A DNA stretch of 64,000 bases from Octopus sinensis (taxonomy: Eukaryota), in contig NC_043005.1 of NCBI RefSeq assembly GCF_006345805.1, positions 11,284,001-11,348,000 of the forward strand, in the 5' to 3' direction. Positions 52,305-64,000 of the stretch are shown here, piece by piece. The notes beneath the pieces are model-generated. The model saw only the letters and a list, made by a program, of their open reading frames with translations. It made no database searches and was not told where the DNA came from. Made by a program: the position numbers and the translations under genes. How positions within the stretch are numbered: position 1 is the first letter of the stretch; each line of letters starts with the position of its first letter.

Positions 52305-53959
52305 TGCATACTATATATGCATAGACACACATACAACTCTGCATAACAAGCAAGTATTAACACACACCATACATAGATATGCATACATACTAATTGATTA
52401 ATAAATCCATTGATAAATTATCAGATGCGAAATGTCAGAGATGCATTCGGTTGTAGCTTGCGTTGAAACATTCATATAATTAAAACACTTTTGTTTTACA
52501 TCGCTAGAAGTTACCGCAAGTGTAACTTTGTGCTAGTTGTCCACATACTGATAATTAATTGGAAGTTATTATGCAGATTGTAGGTTTTAACATTAAGCTA
52601 GTTGTAGGTATGTTTTAGTATTTGACATCAGAGTAAGTGTGGGTTTGAGTAGATTTTTACATTAAGGTACGCTTGGGTAATGTGTAGTTCCTGATATCAA
52701 CATAGGTGTGTGTGTATGTGTGTGTAAATCTTATTTCAGTGCAAGTGTTGATGTGTTTAAACATTGATATCAGAGTAGTTGGTAACAAGTGTGTGTGTGT
52801 GTGTGTGTAGGTCTTCGCATCATGTTAGGTATAGCGTAAGTAGCTCTTGATACGGGGGTAGGTGAGGTCAAGTAGAGCCATGAGGATACTAACTCCATTG
52901 TACCAATATCTTTTATGTTCTGTGAGAATAGTACTTGGTATGAGAATAGTGTGCTTGGCCATAACCAATCCTGATTTTTGTGGAGAAGTGTAAATGCAGT
53001 AATTGGTACAATTTCTTAATGATTAAATCTCAGTAGCTTTACAATTTATTAACTGTAATGATTCTTAATTTCGGCTCGAGTAATGTTGGCTACTTTGAAG
53101 CTCCTTAAGTTGCTTAGTAATTAAAGCGATTATACGAGCTTAGCAAGTAAATTTCATTATACTTAGCATTTCTGCTTTGAAGAGAGTGTTTCTATTGTTT
53201 ATATTTGATTAGCTTTAAACGTTTTGCCTCGTGTGCTGGGGGTATCTTTGAATCATAGTACTTTAACAAGGATTTTATTTAATAATTAAGTAAGGACGGA
53301 TATTGAATCAAGGCAAGTGCAGGTAATAAAAGATTGGTATAGGACTGATGGAGATTGATACCCGATCTAAAGATTTACATATCAATGTCTGCAGGAAAAA
53401 AAATAACGCCGAAGAAGGTACTATGCCTGTGCATATGTATGTTTGTGTATGCGTATGTGTGTGTCTGTGTGTGTATGTGTGTGTACAAAAGTGTATATGT
53501 GCGTGGTCCGACTGCTTGTATCAGAGTAAAGAACTAGCACAACCAGCTGTGACTAGCTGTTTTAGGTGCTTATGTGATCCTGAGCGGACATAGATGTCCT
53601 CTTGGATCCTTGTTTTGGCTCGACAGAACGTCCAGGAAATAACGGCTAAAGAAAAGGAATGCTGTATTAGTGTCCGGGCTGTTATCATTTCTAGCTGAGT
53701 GTCTTTGTCAAAGGCACACCCCTTGCCTGGTCCAGTAAGTGAACACACAACTGTATAATATTTAAGTCGAAATTCCAAACCATTAGGTCACTCTGCTATA
53801 TACATTTAAAGATTAGCAATTATCGGAAGAGCAGTGTTGTAGATCTTCGTGAGCCCATTCCTAATTAGCGAAACTAGTACAATCTGTATCCAACCTGAAC
53901 ATTTGTCATTTAATGGGGAAGTGAAGGAGATTCAGTTCTAAATTCTTGTAGCAAATTTA

Positions 53960-54379
53960 ACTCCACTAAAAGAATTCAAAGAAAATTTTTCACTTTTTTG
54001 ATGCAGTCTAATGTTTCAAAGGCTTCTTTACATTGCTCTTTGTTGGCGCAAGTTTCTCATCCAAATCATCAGGAATTGATTCTTATTAACTCCCTTTCTT
54101 CAGAGCCTTTGCCCATTGCAAACTGATTTTTTAGTACATGCTTTTGCTCTTAAATCTTAAAGTTAGCTTGCTATTAATATTTATTCGCTAATTCTTGAAA
54201 TCAGTCAAACATACTTCATTGACTGAGTCATTTTCTTTCTTATTTGGTTGTTACTTTAATTCGTATTTTGTTCATTTTACTATGATGGATCTTCAGATTT
54301 ATCTTTAGAGAGATTTCTCTGATGATGTCATTTTTTGTATGTTGCATTTGGTGGTAGGAGAATGAGCAAAGATATTCTA
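53960..54379 (-). pseudogene. Heavily degraded RTE-like LINE RT fragment (probably continues past 56099 to ~57070)
   Basis: Minus-strand IEY...SYHQMQHTKNDIIREISLKINLKIHHSK resembles the post-YADD RT region; DLLVI.MGDF-like APE motif near 57040. Confidence 0.45.
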
Positions 54380-54381
54380 TA

Positions 54382-54418
54382 GGCGCAGTAGTGGCTGTGT
54401 GGTAAGTAGCTTGCTAAC
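54382..54418 (+). mobile_element. SINE family A head only
   Basis: GGCGCAGTAGTGGCTGTGTGGTAAGTAGCTTGCTAAC. Confidence 0.9.
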
Positions 54419-55114
54419 GCACATGCGCAGTTAGTCAGTTGCTTCCTGTTCAGCCAGAGTGGACGCGAGTCAACCAGCTCCGTCCAATTAAAGAAAAAAG
54501 ACCAAAAGCGGAAAGTTGTCGAGGTAAGTGATTTTGTTTATTGTGAGTTGGGCATAATTTATTGCGTGCCAATTATTATTTCAGTAAGTTGTGTCCAACT
54601 CTGAGACAATTTCGCCTGCTCTCGGCGGCTGCCGTTTTTGTGTTCATTGAAAAAAAAAAGAAAAAACAGTGGAGGGGCGTATCCTCGGAATTCAATACAG
54701 TTACTGTTAAAATTACCGTTGGCGGTAGCCAGTGCTGTGTTTGGGTTTGTTGAATTTATTCCCTTGTCAGAGTACTTCGCAAGAAAATTATAAAAATAAG
54801 CCACTATTGGATTACCTTTCGGACCCATTTTTGTGGAGGTTGTGTTGCAGTTGCGGCGTTCCAGGTTCAACCCAGGCCGGGAGTACCGCAAGGCCAGAAT
54901 ATTTTTGCTGTGTTTTTTCTGTTTATTAACTTTCTTTTGAACTTCATTTAACCCCCCTTTTGTTTTTTTTCTTTATTGCGACTTTCCGTTAATTTCTTCC
55001 CTTCTGTTGTGCTTTCTCCTTTTTGTTTTTTCAAAAATCTATCAAATTTTATTTGGACTTTTGAACTTTTTTCTTCATGCTTTTGAGTTTAATTTGAATA
55101 TATTTAAAAAAAAC

Positions 55115-55860
55115 ATGGCAATGAAAAATAACAAAATTTTGGAGTGGGAAATCATACCACCTAAAAAGTGGTTAAAAGTCCGTGAAGATAGGACGGTGGT
55201 GTTGAGAACCTACTCCAAGGCACTCGACACCATCGCCCTATTCGAAAAGACGGCAATTGAAAAGGAGTTGGAAGAGTATTTGCCAACAATTAAATTCATT
55301 TCCAGGGGTGTCAAATATGCAACGGTGTGGTTGCTATTTGACACCCCTGAAGAGGCTTGCAAATTTGCTAGCAACCCCTGGAGGGTAAGGAAATCTTATT
55401 CCTGCCCACGTACAAAAAAAAAGAATTGATGAAAGCTTGGATTTGCGGACTGCCACCCGACATAGAAAACGAGTGGATAGAGGAGACTATCCGCCGGGGT
55501 CTGGGTGACAGCGAAACTAAGCTCCTCAATGTAAAAGTTCTTCCTGCGGCTGCTTGGGTTGGGTCAAAAGCAATTTTGACCCTGTGGACCCAATCAGCCA
55601 ATCTGGTTCTTCCAGATTTTTTGAAAATGGCCGGTGCAGGTACCCGGTGATGCTTGAGGGTCGCCCCCCTAAGTGTCATCGGTGCTTGGAGTCCGCCACA
55701 TAAAGAAGAACTGTCCTCGGGAACAAAATAGGATCCCGGAACAGTTAAGAAAAACCCCTCTAGAAGAGGGAACGATAACGGCCGAGAAAGCAGAGGACTC
55801 CTCAAACAGAGGCCGAAAGAGGAAGGTGAGCAACAATGGGTGCTCACCAAAGGATAATAG
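55115..55860 (+). pseudogene. L1/Tx1-like ORF1 (gag-like: RRM-like region plus CCHC zinc knuckle), frameshifted
   Basis: VWLLFDTPEEA.KF; KAWICGLPPDIENEWIEE; EGRPPKCHRC..-RHIKKNCP. Confidence 0.75.
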
Positions 55861-55863
55861 GGA

Positions 55864-56098
55864 TGTATATATGTATGTGTGTGTTTGTGTGTCTGTGTCT
55901 GTCCCCCTAGCATTGTTTGACAACCGATGCTGGTGTGTTTACGTCCCCGTCACTTAGCGGTTCGGCAAAAGAGACCGATAGAATAAGTACTGGGCTTACA
56001 AAAGAATAAGTCCTGGGGTCGAGTTGCTCGATTAAAGGCGGTGCTCCAGCATGGCCACAGTCAAATGACTGAAACAAGTAAAAGAGTAAAAGAGAGTA
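55864..56098 (+). mobile_element. SINE family A 3' half
   Basis: GACAACCGATGCTGGTGTGTTTACGTCCCCG...GACTGAAACAAGTAAAAGAGTA. Confidence 0.92.
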
Positions 56099-56351
56099 TC
56101 CAGAAATTTCTAAATAATACAACAGAAATATTTTATTTTTGTGATCTCAACTCTATTTCATGTACAATGTTATTTGTTTTTGTACAAGTTTTTGTATAAG
56201 TTTTGTATAAGCTCTGTTTTGTAGCTGCACGCGTTCTTGTTCTAAAGAAATGTCTATCACCCTATAAAGTTATTTTATTTCATAAACTAATTAACAATTC
56301 TTTCAATCCTATTTTCAAATAATTTTTATATTGAACTACTTTATTATATTA

Positions 56352-56733
56352 CTAGCAGTATCGCCCGGCGTTGCTCGGGTTTGTAAGGGAAATAACTATA
56401 TAAGCAAAAATAGCAAAAAATGCATTAAAAATGGAAAAAAAATGATGGTAAATTTTTTTTTAAATCGTTGACTCATCGTAGACATTTTTAGAGAGTTACT
56501 TCACTTATATAATAGCGAAAAAAATGCATTAAAATGGAAAAAAAATGATGGTAAATTTTTTTTTAAATCGTAGACTCATCGTAGACGCGCGCTAATACCC
56601 AGAAGGACTCGATATGAATCACAACTATAAGATACCCGGTTTTGGTTACACTGCACCGCAAAATGTGGGAGTAGTTAGGAATCTAAATCGTAGGAGACAG
56701 ACACTCACACAACTTCACTTTTATATATAAAGA
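56352..56733 (-). mobile_element. Helitron family F with an internal tandem duplication
   Basis: A|CTAG..CCCGGCGTTGCTCGGG...TATATAAAGA|T. Confidence 0.92.
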
Positions 56734-57329
56734 TATTGCAGCTGTTTATAAAATTCTCCCTTGGCCTTTTCTTCCCAGTAGAATTTATCATTTTCTTCAA
56801 TTCATCGTTCTATTTCTAGACTGCACACTCATAAATTCATATTTATGCCTGTTAGCATTGCTTTAAAAAATCCCGGTAGGTCCTATTCATTAGCTAGCAT
56901 TTATTCAGTTCTCTGAATTATATTAGCCAATACCTCCAAGATTTATATCGATCCCACTTTTGCTGCTAGATTTGCAGCTTTCAAATCCTAATGACTGTCT
57001 TTTCATATATTCTCAGTATAAATCATAAAATCTCCCATTGATAACTAGCAGATCTGCGTCACTTAATACTTACATGATAACAAGATAAAATAGACAAATA
57101 GGTTTTTTCGAATCTTTCCATTCTGAATTCAATTCATATCGAGATTAACTTTGGCTTTCATTCTTTAGGGGTTGATAAAATAAAGTACCAGACAAGTACA
57201 AGGGTCGGTGCGACCGACTATCACAACCTCAAAAATTACTGGGCTTCAGGTATAAGTTAAAATCAGTTATTGGTATTAATATCTGATTTAACTCAAGGGT
57301 CTCAGCACTTCCAATTCTTAACCTAGGAT

Positions 57330-57399
57330 ATATAAGCATACATGTATACATTATATATCTCTACATATATACATATGTTATATATGCATATACAAAGTG

Positions 57400-57443
<44 letters not shown>

Positions 57444-57743
57444 ATATGTGTGTATGTATATATATACACACACATACATACACATACGCACATACATACA
57501 TACATACGCACACATACATACACACACAGATACACGCATATATGTAGGTATGAAGGTATGTATGTATGCATACGAATAAATATGTACACACATATATGTG
57601 AAACAGCCGTGTCTGTATACATGAAGCTAATCTCCAAAATTACTTTTATCGAGTTAGTTCTGCTAAATTGAATGATTTATCTTTGTCGCTATTTATTTAT
57701 ATATTAATATATCATATATATCATATATGTATACACACATAAT

Positions 57744-57787
<44 letters not shown>

Positions 57788-57852
57788 TAGATAGTTAGAT
57801 CGATATATATTTATATATCTATAGATATACATATATATATATATCTATAGAT

Positions 57853-57884
<32 letters not shown>

Positions 57885-57900
57885 GTATATATATATATAT

Positions 57901-57947
<47 letters not shown>

Positions 57948-58050
57948 TACATATATATATATACATATATATACATATACATATATATATATATACATAC
58001 ATACATACATATATACATACATACATAAATACATAAACACACCCACATAT
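57330..58050. repeat. (TA)n/(CA)n/(GATA)n compound microsatellites
   Basis: Read directly. Confidence 0.9.
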
Positions 58051-58501
58051 ATATTCCAGAGACATGGAAGGAACTATTAGTGTAGTACTAAGTAGAAATC
58101 TATCAAAACCATATTCTTAATTTTTCTGCTTCCTCCGCAATACTTCATTGTAGAAACGACAGGAAGAAATAATGATGCGTAAAAATACCTTTGTAGTTGA
58201 GAAAATATTTCCCTCGTTCAAAAATTATTCTTGCTTAAATAACGAACTTACAATCATACAAAGGAACCTATATTAATTACACTTTACTATATACTCTTAA
58301 TTAAATCTTCGAAAAGCCTTTTTTGTCTGTTCGTCTCTTACACTGTCTGGCTACCTTTTATTTCGCTCTGTCTCACCAGTCACGCTTTGTTTTAGCTGTT
58401 TGAGTCTCGTAATGTCATACCTCTGTCTCGCACCCCAAATCCTCTCTCTATTTTCCCTGGAAACCTTCCATTCACTTGTATTTTTCTTCCCAACTCTTGT
58501 A

Positions 58502-58677
<176 letters not shown>

Positions 58678-59312
58678 GAGCTAGCTACCTATTTGGCTAT
58701 TCATCTATCTATGAAAGTGAATTCTCGATTATTGAAATTATTTCTTCTTTCATTCGGATTCAATCGCAGTTTTCACAATACGTTTCTTTATCCTCTCGAA
58801 GCGAGAATAGTTTAAATATATAAACACATCTTGCAAAATATGCATCATACCATTATTCGCCTGAGTTCAAAATCATACTGGTGACCAGACTAAGTTACAT
58901 CACTTAGCTCATTTTTCTTTTGACAATACACATCACCCTTGACCATAAATATAATCTACTGTTTTGTTATTTGTGCAAGTCTTATGTTTAACTGGAATCA
59001 AAGCAGGTCACTTGCATTATCAACCATCTTCCCGTCTCTAAAACAATGTTTCTTAGCCTTTTCACTACCACGCTTCACCTGGAATTTGTCCTTTTCTCCA
59101 CACCCCGCCTCCTTGCATTTATGAATAAAGCTCCCTCCTAGATTTTAAATAAAATCTAAAATATGTTTTTAGTTTTTCTATTGAATATAAACTAGTCACA
59201 TTATACAAAATATGTATAATTTTATATATACTCACATTATACAAAAAGTGAGATACTTGACACTGCTTCTTAACCAAAAAGTTTATTTATTGAATATGAA
59301 TAAGTCACATTA

Positions 59313-61031
59313 TTATTGAGATACTTGACACTGCTCCTTAGCTACAAGATCTTGAATGCGTGGTTGAATTCCAGAGAGTGCACAACGTAAGCCCCTTTCA
59401 AAGCTCATGCTGTTTCTGCACTTGGTTTCGACAGCAACGAGCGTGGAAAATGCAGCTTCAAAAAGATACTTAGATCCAAACATAACTAAAATCCGAAGAG
59501 CCTGATATGAGATCAGAGGGTAAGCAGAAGGTACTTGATCCAGAACGTCTCAAGATCCAGTTATTTGAACTTCAGCTCAAGAAACGCCTCTTGCACTTCA
59601 TCCAAAATATCAGTCACTTCATGCTGAAATGGGTTCCTGGTGAATTTCCAAGCTTCACGCTTTTCATCGATATCTGGGAACTATCTGATAAATTCTGTTT
59701 TCAAGTTAGGTAGATGCGTGATTATTTGTTTCTTTAACTCAGAATCAAAGTTACGGTGAATGAGGGCAGAATCCAACTAACTAAAACTGGCTGTATTTCC
59801 CTGTTGAATTCGACATTTCCAGAGGTCGAGTTTGGCCATGAAGTTTCAAATAATATCTTGGTGCGTGAGAATGTTGATGTTTTTCCTTTGTAGTTTAAGG
59901 TCGAGAGCATTCAACGCTTCGAAGATGTCCACCAGGTAAGCTAGAGATAGGTGAAAACCTTCAGACTGGAGCTTGTCATGGAGATCTACTTTCCTGAAGC
60001 AAATCTAGAAATATTGCTACTTCTCGTAGTTCATAAAGCCGTCCGAGCATGTTCCCCTTTGATAGCCATCGTATGTTCGGGTAAAAAAGCAATGCTTCAT
60101 GTTCAGAATCCACACAACAGTTTGAAAAGACGACTGTTTAAGGCTCCACCTTTAACAAAGTTGACAACCTTGATAGGCACGTTCAGAACATTTATCATTT
60201 CAGTAGGTAACGTTCTGGATGCTAAGGCTTCACGATGAAGCATGCAGTGTGTACCTACAACAGGTGGATTTTTTTCTTTCACCCTAGTAATGAATCCAGA
60301 CTGCAGACCAAGCACGGCTGGAGCTCCATCAATGCACACCCCTAGCAGCGAATCCCATGAAAGTTGGTTTTCCTGAAAGATATATCACGAAAAATTGCTG
60401 CTGCTGTTATACAACTACCAATAGAGTGACAGAATATTTAATCATTTACACAGTTGCCTGGCACAAAACGAGAGCATATACCAGTTGCTTAGAACACTGA
60501 GCGATGTCACTAGTTTCGTCACATTGGATGGCAAAAACAGAATCTTTTGGTCGAGAATTTGATCTTTGATGTCTTGAGACAAGTCGACTACCCTTCCCTT
60601 GACTGCATCGTTTGTTAGTGGAATCTGGGAACGCTTGTTTGCATTATCTTTCCCCTGAACGAGTTCTGCTGCATGGAGTAGACTTGGTTTTATGAGAGAC
60701 TCTCCGATGTTATGGTTCTTCTTGCTCTTTGCAATCAACATAGCGATCTCATAGGAAGCCTCAACATCCATTGAAGTTTGTTGCCGAAAAGCTCTGCTAC
60801 CGTTCAACTAAGCTTGCCTCAAGAAATGTCATTTTGTTTCAAAGAATGCTTTGGGCTTGTCTACAAGAGCAGGATATGTTATCTTCAAGTGGCGTTCCAA
60901 CCGTGACAGTCACATTCCATCATTACCCGAAGTTTTGTAGCACACTGGGGGATTTCTATGTCACCGTTTTGGAGGGATACAAATCCAAATCGAATATATT
61001 CGTCAATATACTTCCGTTTCTTTGCGCTCAT
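59313..61031 (-). pseudogene. hAT (Buster/Charlie-type, ZBED5/ZBED8-like) transposase pseudogene
   Basis: MSAKKRKYIDEYIRFGF; EASYEIAMLIAKSKKNHNIGESLIKP; CIDGAPAV.G; THCMLHREALAS; QCQVSQ* C-terminus; many disablements. Confidence 0.93.
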
Positions 61032-62090
61032 TACGAATTATTTGATGCGCAGTGGACAACACAAATATGTGAACAAAAGAAAAGGCTCGTGTAAGTAGTG
61101 TGAAGGCCCAAGTTAAAATGCTAGCCCAGGTTAGAACGCTTGGAGTAAAAACTTTTGAAAAAATATCAAATAAATAAAAAATTGGAATAAAAGTTAAATT
61201 AAAAGAAAAGTTATAGGAAAAATTTTTACAGTAAAATATTGTATTTGTTTGTTCGAAAATATAAAAAAAGTTTCTTTAAAAGAAAAAAGATTTTGCATAG
61301 CTTTTAGTTTTACCTAGCACTTTCTGTAATACTTAAATCTGAATCTTAGTTTAACATTTGGTTTCACATTATAATTTTTATCTTACAAAAAATTTACTAT
61401 ATTTTTAACATAAACATGTAATATAAAAAATTTGGATTTTATTATTAAAGTTTTTATTTCTCCAATCTGTGTTTTAATTTTTTTGAGCCTTTATTAAACA
61501 GAGCTAAAGTAGAACCTATTACATACTTTTGTTTTATTTCCTATTTTCAAATATATTATATTTTCATCTTGCTAAAATTTAAAAACAGTTTTCAATTTTC
61601 TAAATTAAGTTAATATCTCTTAGTATGTTACTATAATGGTTTGATAATGTTTCAGCATATCTCTTGATTTTTAAGAATAACATTATTTTCATATATATAT
61701 ATGAAAACTGTGGTTCAAACTTGTTTATAATATATTAACTGGAAAAGATGTTTGTCTTTACACGACAATAATATCTAAGCTTTATACCAGTGGTCCTTAA
61801 CTTGAGTCTTGTTGTAACAAAATAAAGGCAAATGTTAAAGCTACAATTCAGAATTAGTGAGGGCTTAGAGGGTCAATAAGTACAGAAAATGGTAAGCGGC
61901 GCTAAGATAGTAGAATAAGAAAACTAAAAGTATAAGGCGATTATTTTGCATTATTTCATAAACTTCTCAAAATTTGGCCATTCTAGTTGAGAGAATAACA
62001 AATTAGAGAAATTCCTGCTTTTTCTTAAGAGCTCGTGGAAGTTACTGACACCCTTCTATGGGGGCACGCGCCCCAGTTTAAGAACCACTG
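61032..62090 (-). mobile_element. 5' non-coding region and TIR of the hAT element
   Basis: Minus-strand CAGTGGTTCTTAAACTGGGG starting at 62090 is a typical Charlie/Buster TIR; the distal TIR was not found. Confidence 0.7.
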
Positions 62091-62267
62091 CTCTGGAAAA
62101 TAAAACAATACAAAACAAAGTACATTATCCCTAAATCCCTAATAATTATTGCGTTAATCCCTTAGAATTGTTGATTCTCGAGGTTATCTGCTTTTCTCAT
62201 TCGTAGTCGTTTTCCTTTAGCACTTTACCAACTCTTCAACATAATTTCAATAAATCATGACATTTAA

Positions 62268-62490
62268 CTCTTTATTCCTTTCTACCTCGCCGACCGCGGC
62301 GTAGGCCTAGGGGCCTAGCGCCTAGCGCCGCCTCCGACCGTAACGCGGCCGTTGGCTTCGACAGTGGCGCTCTGTTCCGCTGTCGACGCCTTTTAATTTT
62401 TTTGCACGGTATTTAATAACATTATTCTCCTTTGTACCCCAAATTCATGCCATTTGTCACTTTGGGTTATTTCGCGTACCTCATGCACGT
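62268..62490 (+). mobile_element. GC-rich fragment, possible piggyBac-like end
   Basis: TTAA|CTCTTT start followed by a CpG-rich tract. Confidence 0.35.
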
Positions 62491-62494
62491 GTGG

Positions 62495-62535
<41 letters not shown>

Positions 62536-62574
62536 TGTGTGTGTATACGCACATACAATCCACAACTGTTTTGC

Positions 62575-63650
62575 TTTACTGTAGGTATGTAGTTGACATT
62601 AATATTCTAGTTAGGACAACCTCTAGTAATTGTAATGTAGAAACTGAGGGGAGCATAAGGGAGAGCATCCAGCACGTAGCTAATTCCATCCACCAAAGTA
62701 AGAAAGTAACCATAGATTACCCCACTAGGCACCCTAACAATAGACTCCCTGTCCTTGATGTTGAAATTTGGTTTGAGACTGTGAACAACAGATTGCAGCT
62801 CCTCCACTCCTATTACATGAAACCCAAAGCTTCTAAATATGTTGTTCACAAGAACTCAGCTTTGTCACACAACATGAAAATCAACATAATTATAGCAGAT
62901 TTAGGATAACGAACAACGTGTTTTCACTATACAAAACCTATGAAACAAAAAAACATGTACAGAACTTCATGCACAACGTGCAATTTTCTGGATATTATCA
63001 GAAAGATAGGGTTCGAGTGTACAGGGGAGCTAGAAAGAAGTTAGATAGCATCATATGTAATGAAACCAGTGGTATCTGCCCAACATATAGAAACAAAGAC
63101 TGAAGTAGGATACAAGGAGTTTGTGACAAAGTAAATAGAGTGAACACTTGATACATGACCGACCAATAGCAAGGAGTGACGTTTGTAGAGGCCACAGCCC
63201 ATGGAAAGCTAGCAAGGAATTTTGGAAAAACTCTGAAGGAAGCCAGACTCAACATTAAGATCGTTGATAAGCCAGGGAGCACCATCAGATCACAATTATG
63301 GATGACGTGCTCCTTTGAGAATACCACATGCACCAATGGTAACTGCATGGTATGTAAGATTAAACCTGGCATGAAATGTAGAACTAGAAATATAGTTTGC
63401 ACCATAAGGTGCATAGAAGGCGCTTGTAAAGACAAATGCATGATATACATAGGTGAGACATTTAGAAGCATTGCGGAGACACTAAATGAACCTTTGGGAC
63501 AATATAACAAGAGTTCTGTATACCCTACCAACATGGAGGCACGTTGGGTTAACTTGACATCCGCATTTTATCCAAGCACCCAAAGGACCCAACATTCAAA
63601 CAAATACAGGAATACGTACTGATAAATTAAACATCCCCAGTACTAAATAT
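62575..63650 (+). pseudogene. Penelope-like element (Neptune-type) RT C-terminus plus GIY-YIG endonuclease, 5'-truncated and disabled
   Basis: RYVVDINI (YVDD-like), LPVLDVEIW, YMKPKASKYVVHKNSALS, FSGY, Cys-rich linker C.NGNCMVC...CRTRNIV, YIGETFRS. Confidence 0.9.
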
Positions 63651-63735
63651 GAAATATATGTAGGAGGTAGTCATACCCCAATACCCATTGCTCATACATT
63701 CTCAGGCAGAGTTGTTAGTAGTCTTTAAGGTAAAC

Positions 63736-63779
<44 letters not shown>

Positions 63780-63930
63780 GTAAATGGATATGTAAGTAAA
63801 CAGATAGATAAATAGATAGATAGGTACATAGGTAATTCGGAGAGACAAGAACACATATACATAGTACATACATACACACATACATACACACATATATACA
63901 CATATGAAGACTGAAACATGAAACGTAGTT

Positions 63931-64000
63931 TGGAGGCGCGTGGCTTAGAGGTTAGAGTGTTCGGTCCAGTCCACTCAGCTGGCAAAAATGAGCAGTTCCT
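63931..64000 (+). mobile_element. SINE family D, internally deleted, runs off the window
   Basis: GGAGGCGCGTGGCTTAGAGGTTAG..TCCAGTCCACTCAGCTGGCAAAAATGAG. Confidence 0.8.

Noticed and set aside
52820-53340. Possible N-terminal Penelope ORF relic on the minus strand
   Set aside because: Only a vague resemblance, many stops and no diagnostic motif
54879-54896. GGGAGTACCGCAAGG resembles a 16S rRNA motif
   Set aside because: Too short, with no flanking rRNA similarity
59313-61031. Domesticated ZBED/SCAND3-like host gene
   Set aside because: Multiple stops and frameshifts plus a nearby TIR indicate a dead transposon

Overview
AT-rich, microsatellite-saturated eukaryotic DNA, intronic or intergenic. 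The tRNA-headed SINE families and simple-repeat load resemble an octopus/cephalopod genome (inference from pattern recognition, no database search). No host gene can be called with confidence: most of the ORF track is translated (TA)n, (TATG)n, (CA)n and (TAA)n, leaving two weak exon candidates (25810-25939, 46926-47076). The window is mostly mobile-element DNA. DNA transposons: a mariner foldback with two 5' ends (2.0-2.9 kb), a full-length dead DD37D element (30-31 kb), a Tc1 (49-50 kb), a hAT/Buster (59-62 kb) and four copies of one non-autonomous Helitron. Retroelements: R4/Dong-type LINE fragments plus a (TAA)n-embedded non-coding family, an RTE-like relic, a Penelope-like RT/GIY-YIG relic (62.6-63.7 kb) and more than 20 SINE copies. 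The most interesting signals are (i) six hand-folded self-cleaving ribozyme candidates in small non-coding repeats: four Penelope-style minimal hammerheads (one inside a ~245-bp near-perfect inverted repeat, one with a G3-C8 covariant core) and two HDV-like folds; (ii) a SINE whose middle is replaced by the 5' region and CCHC ORF1 of an L1/Tx1-like LINE; and (iii) one SINE head fused to four different 3' tails. All folds and alignments were done by eye and need computational confirmation.
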